Shown piece after piece: positions 60,028 to 64,000 of a stretch of DNA of 64,000 nucleotides. The first letter of the stretch is position 1. Every line of letters starts with the position of its first letter. Position numbers and translations under genes: made by a program. Origin of the DNA: Deltaproteobacteria bacterium (lineage in GTDB: Bacteria > Myxococcota > Kuafuiibacteriia > Kuafuiibacteriales > Kuafuiibacteriaceae). The stretch is taken from assembly GCA_040218735.1 (NCBI GenBank), contig JAVJQW010000067.1, positions 160,001 to 224,000 on the forward strand, given 5' to 3'. The notes under the pieces were generated by a model, which saw only the letters and a program-made list of their open reading frames with translations, made no database searches and was not told the DNA's origin.

Positions 60028-61518
60028 CTAGAAGCGGTAGCCGATCGAGGTGTTGACCATCATGTTCCCGCCCGAGCCGGAGAGGAACTGTGGGCCGCGC
60101 ATGAACCAGAAGGGGTCGATGTGCAGGTCCGCGAAGAAGCCCTCGTAGTGGGCGCCGAACCCGACGAAGTAGTCGAAGAACGGGTCGTCGCGCGTGACGT
60201 CGTTGTTGGCGTCCGCGTTGTTGTCGTTGGTGTCGTCGTCGAGGCGATCGATCGTCGTGGCGCGCATGTACTTCACGACGCCGCCGCGGAAGTCGAGCCA
60301 CGAGAAGAGCCGCGCCTCCGCCGCGAAGCGGATGTAGGGCAGCGCGTCGATCGAGATCGTCGTGCGCGAGAACTCGAGCGGGATGTCGCGGTTGAAGCCG
60401 TTGTTCGGATCCTCCGCGATCTGGTGCTCGAACTCGCTCGCGAGGCTGTAGATCTGGAAGCCCGCGATCGCCCAGAAGTTGATGCGGTCGGCCGGCTTGA
60501 AGTGGCCCGCGACGCCGACGTCGAGGAGGAACAGCTGCGCGCGGACGTCCGTGATGTTCACGCGGCGGGTCTGGTCACCCTCCCAGCTGATGCCGTCCTG
60601 GTAGTCCGCGAGGTCCGCGGCCGACAGGTTCTGGAAGCGGAAGCTGATCGCCGGGACGATCTCCCACCACTCGGACGCGCCGATCATCGCGCGCACCTCG
60701 GCGTTGAGGTCGATGCCGCCGCCGCCGTCGACGAGCTGGTTGCGCTCGTTGGGCGAGTAGCCGAGCGAGTGGAACTTCAGGCCGAGGCCCGCGTCCACCG
60801 TCGCGAACTCACCGATCGGCAGACCGCCGCCGAGGCGGAAGCCGAAGTGCGAGGTCGTGATCTTGTCGCGCTGCCGGCTCTCGACGCCGCCCATCAGGTC
60901 GGCGGGCACGTCCGGGTCGTTGTCGTTCGGGTTACGAACGTAGCGCGACGAGCCGTAGGTCAGCTGCAGGCCGAGCTGCGCGATGTCCTGCAGGTTGTAC
61001 GCGAAGAACAGGTCGAACTTGCGGTTCGCGTCGCCGGGCGCGTCGGGCGCGACGGGCAGCCACGGGAACTGCGACGGGTCGCCCGAGGAGCTCCCCGCGA
61101 GGAAGCCGAGCAGGTCCGGGACGGTCGAGTCCTCGTAGTCGGACAGGTGCGCCGAGATGAACAGGTCGTCGGTGACCTTGAAGATCGCGCCACCGCCTGC
61201 CTTCGACATCACGGGCATCGTGTCCGCGACCTCCAGCGACGACGGCTGGATGCCGCCGCGGTTGCTGTCGTCACCGAAGGCGTTCTGCGAGGACTCCCCG
61301 CCGAACAGCTCCAGGTAGAAGATGTTCCCGTACCGCGTGATCATGTGCGGATAGAGCCAGCGGTTCGCGTCGTCGAGCACGAAGCGGTTGGAAACCCCCA
61401 GCGTGTAGATGCGCGTGGTCGTAGCCTCGGCCAGCGACGGCGCCGTCATGAGCGCGCCCAAGGCCACGATCCCCGCCCAGCGTGCGGTCTTCGTGGTCCC
61501 CTCTCCCCAGTTACCCAT
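60028..61518 (-). CDS. Outer-membrane beta-barrel protein
   Basis: Signal peptide ending AEA-T, amphipathic beta strands, C-terminal SIGYRF. Confidence 0.8.
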   Translation of the reverse strand: MGNWGEGTTKTARWAGIVALGALMTAPSLAEATTTRIYTLGVSNRFVLDDANRWLYPHMITRYGNIFYLELFGGESSQNAFGDDSNRGGIQPSSLEVADTMPVMSKAGGGAIFKVTDDLFISAHLSDYEDSTVPDLLGFLAGSSSGDPSQFPWLPVAPDAPGDANRKFDLFFAYNLQDIAQLGLQLTYGSSRYVRNPNDNDPDVPADLMGGVESRQRDKITTSHFGFRLGGGLPIGEFATVDAGLGLKFHSLGYSPNERNQLVDGGGGIDLNAEVRAMIGASEWWEIVPAISFRFQNLSAADLADYQDGISWEGDQTRRVNITDVRAQLFLLDVGVAGHFKPADRINFWAIAGFQIYSLASEFEHQIAEDPNNGFNRDIPLEFSRTTISIDALPYIRFAAEARLFSWLDFRGGVVKYMRATTIDRLDDDTNDNNADANNDVTRDDPFFDYFVGFGAHYEGFFADLHIDPFWFMRGPQFLSGSGGNMMVNTSIGYRF

Positions 61519-61629
61519 CGATTCTCCTTCTACTCACGACGCCAATCGCGCGTGCGCGTCGCGCCTCTAGCACGGACCCTCTGTCAGTCCAAGCGCTGGT
61601 TCCTACGTCGACCGCCGTCACACCTTCCT

Positions 61630-64000
61630 TCAGAAGCTGAGAAAGGACTGGGCGAAGTCGAGGTACACGGCGGGGGGCCCGACCCGGACGCGGCCGGCGT
61701 CGTCGACGAGGGGGATCGCGATGTCGATCGCCATGACCCCCGGGCGCACGCCGAAGTAGTCCAGGTAGATCCGAAACCCGTAGCCGACGTCGGCGCGCAG
61801 GGGTCGGTCCGACAGTTCGTCGAAGCCGTCACCGATCCACGCGACGTCCGCGAACAGCGCCCCGTCGAGCTTCGTCGCCCAGACCAGCTCCATGACGTTG
61901 TCGTCGACGTCCCAGAGGATCGGGTGCAACCACTCGCCGCTGAGGATCCCGCGCAGGCGCCCGACGGCGTCGTCCACGACGTACCCACGGACGTTGTTGC
62001 GTCCCCCGAGCGCGTACCGAAGCTGAGGCCGCGGTGTCCCCGCCACGAACGCGCCGAGGTTCGCGCGCACCGAGAACTGGTGCGCGGCGTTCACCCGCCA
62101 GGCCTTCAGCCCGCGTAGCGCGACGCTCACCGCGTTCGGCGTGACCTCCGGCGATCCGGCGAGATCCCCGAAGACCCGGTCGAACGCGACGGACGCCCGG
62201 ATGGCCTCCCCCGCCTCCGGCACCCAGACCGTTCGGCGTGTATCCCAGCCGTAGAACAGCGCGCCCGACGCCGAGTACGCCGACTCCGTCTCCCCCGCGA
62301 AGTTCGGGCGGAGGTACTCGCCGGCGGCGATCAGCCCGATCCACTGGGACAGCCGATCCGGCGTCAGCGGCTCGCCGAAGTAGTAGACGGCGCGCCCCGA
62401 CAGCGACACCGCGTCCGGCGCGTAGCTGGCGCGCGCGGCGAAGCGCCACCGAACGTCGCGCACGCGGGAGAAGCCGACGTCGAGCGCGGTGTCGATGTTT
62501 CCGGCGGTCGGGGAGTACAGGATGTTGAAGTTGTTCAGCAGGAAGCGCCACCGCGGGTGGGTGCGGTTGTCGAGCTTCGGCGACGGCACCTCGGCGCTCG
62601 GGGCCTCCGCGAGGCGCCCGTTGGGATCGAGGATCACGGAGTCGAGCGGCGCCGCGAGGGTCGCGGTGAGCGTGCGCATCGCGGCGGTGGAGGTCGCGAC
62701 GCGGACGAGGCGTTCGTTGTCGTCGTCGTCGATCAGCTTCAGCTCGACCGGCTCCGCGATCGCGGCGCCGGTGCGCTCGACGACGACGCGCGCGCGGCAG
62801 TCGGGCGCGCACGAAGATCCGTAGTCGGCGATGCGGTACTGCACCTCCGGGTACGGGCCGAGCCAGGTCTCGAGGAACGTGTCGGTGTCGTCGCAGAGCG
62901 CGACGCGGAGCGCGGCGACGACGTCGGTGCCCTGCCCGATCGCCTCCATCGCGACGTCGGTGTCCTTCGGCCCGACGCGGTCGAGGAGCTTCTCGTAGAT
63001 CAGCTTGCCGCGCGGGTACGGCGACGGGGGATCGAGGAGGTTGGCGCGGAGCGGATCCGTCTCGCGGATCAGGCGAAAGTAGGCGCCGACGAACGGGAAC
63101 TGCGGCGCGTAGAGCATCGAGTCGACGGCCGGGATGAACGACCACAGGTAGAGGACGTCGAAGACGTCCTCGCGCTCCTCGAGCTGATGGCGAACGAGCG
63201 CGTCGACCAGCCACGCCGCGACGGCGTCCGCGCCGACGACCGCGAGCGGCTCTTCACTGCGAAGGCGGAGCAGCGTCGACGCGACGAGAACCTCGCGGAG
63301 GATCGGGTAGCGGTGAAACCGCAGGAAGCGCTCGGCGGGGGTCAGGCGGAACGCACGATCGCTGACGAGGACGTGGCCGTCGGTCGCGCGCGCGAGGTCG
63401 TGGCGTAGCGGTGCGTCGACGATCGTGAGCGGCGCGTCGGCGGTCGGCGTGGGCCAGCTTCGCTCCGCGAGGAAGTCGAACAGCTCGTCGAGCGCGAGGT
63501 CGAGCTCCTCGGCGCGCCGCTCGAACTCGAGGTGGTCCCGCCCTTCGAGGCGCGAGACGAGCCGCACGCGCCCGCGGGCGATCAGACGGGCGCCGGCGTT
63601 CGGCGGGAGGACGACGATCGGGACCTGCCGGGCGCGCACCGTCTGACGGACGGTCGCGGTGTGCTCGTGCCAGCGATCCGCGACGACCGCCGAGTGACCC
63701 GGCGGGACGGTGAGGGTGAGGTCGATCGTCGTGAGCGGCGCGGGTGCGTCGGGTTCGGCGACGCGCGGGTACCAGCCGCCGCCCAAGGTGAGCTGGCGTT
63801 TGTGGAGGGAGAACGGGCCGTAGCGATCGGGGACATGCAGCGTCGCTTCGACGCGGACGCGGACGCGGCCGGTCGCGGGGCAGCGGACGAAGTGGTCCTT
63901 CGCGTGTGCGTCGCAAGGGGCGCCGTCGATCGTGATCGTCACGTCCTCGAAGCCGCCCGGCGCGAACGCCCCCGCGAACAGCTCCGTCTCACTCGCGGGG
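61630..64000 (-). CDS. Large protein with a degenerate M1-aminopeptidase-like region and a C-terminal Omp85-like barrel; 5' end lies outside the window
   Basis: Frame stays open to the window edge. YPRGKLIYEKLLDRVG (M1-like), LGGRNNVRGY (VRGY-type Omp85 motif), ADVGYGFR, terminal Phe. Confidence 0.65.
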   Translation of the reverse strand, partial: PASETELFAGAFAPGGFEDVTITIDGAPCDAHAKDHFVRCPATGRVRVRVEATLHVPDRYGPFSLHKRQLTLGGGWYPRVAEPDAPAPLTTIDLTLTVPPGHSAVVADRWHEHTATVRQTVRARQVPIVVLPPNAGARLIARGRVRLVSRLEGRDHLEFERRAEELDLALDELFDFLAERSWPTPTADAPLTIVDAPLRHDLARATDGHVLVSDRAFRLTPAERFLRFHRYPILREVLVASTLLRLRSEEPLAVVGADAVAAWLVDALVRHQLEEREDVFDVLYLWSFIPAVDSMLYAPQFPFVGAYFRLIRETDPLRANLLDPPSPYPRGKLIYEKLLDRVGPKDTDVAMEAIGQGTDVVAALRVALCDDTDTFLETWLGPYPEVQYRIADYGSSCAPDCRARVVVERTGAAIAEPVELKLIDDDDNERLVRVATSTAAMRTLTATLAAPLDSVILDPNGRLAEAPSAEVPSPKLDNRTHPRWRFLLNNFNILYSPTAGNIDTALDVGFSRVRDVRWRFAARASYAPDAVSLSGRAVYYFGEPLTPDRLSQWIGLIAAGEYLRPNFAGETESAYSASGALFYGWDTRRTVWVPEAGEAIRASVAFDRVFGDLAGSPEVTPNAVSVALRGLKAWRVNAAHQFSVRANLGAFVAGTPRPQLRYALGGRNNVRGYVVDDAVGRLRGILSGEWLHPILWDVDDNVMELVWATKLDGALFADVAWIGDGFDELSDRPLRADVGYGFRIYLDYFGVRPGVMAIDIAIPLVDDAGRVRVGPPAVYLDFAQSFLSF

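Overview
High-GC (roughly 70% by eye) bacterial DNA that looks like Myxococcota, based on MYXO-CTERM sorting tails, an FHA/sigma-54 activator, a Ser/Thr kinase-PEGA protein and many Cys-rich lipoproteins. Main contents: (1) a sigma-factor 3' end coupled to a zinc-finger anti-sigma/pseudokinase fusion, followed by lipoprotein and TPR genes (1-8 kb). (2) A compact, capsid-less contractile injection system (CIS) operon on the minus strand (11.3-21.6 kb). It is translationally coupled to an upstream NlpC/P60 MYXO-CTERM gene and faces a convergent trio of membrane-protein genes (8.1-11.3 kb). (3) A VWA/TSP3 lipoprotein, a second NlpC/P60 protein, a GldA/GldFG/DUF4340 ABC module and secreted proteins (23.9-39 kb). 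(4) Housekeeping genes eno, glpX, recG, greA, hppA and psd. (5) A minor pilin/PilY1 cluster with a divergent PilZ gene. (6) An unannotated 935-bp imperfect palindrome between hppA and greA. (7) A histone-H1-like repeat fused to a BCP peroxiredoxin, and outer-membrane barrel genes. I recognised no rRNA, tRNA, CRISPR array or transposase. All calls come from motif recognition by eye; no database searches were run.
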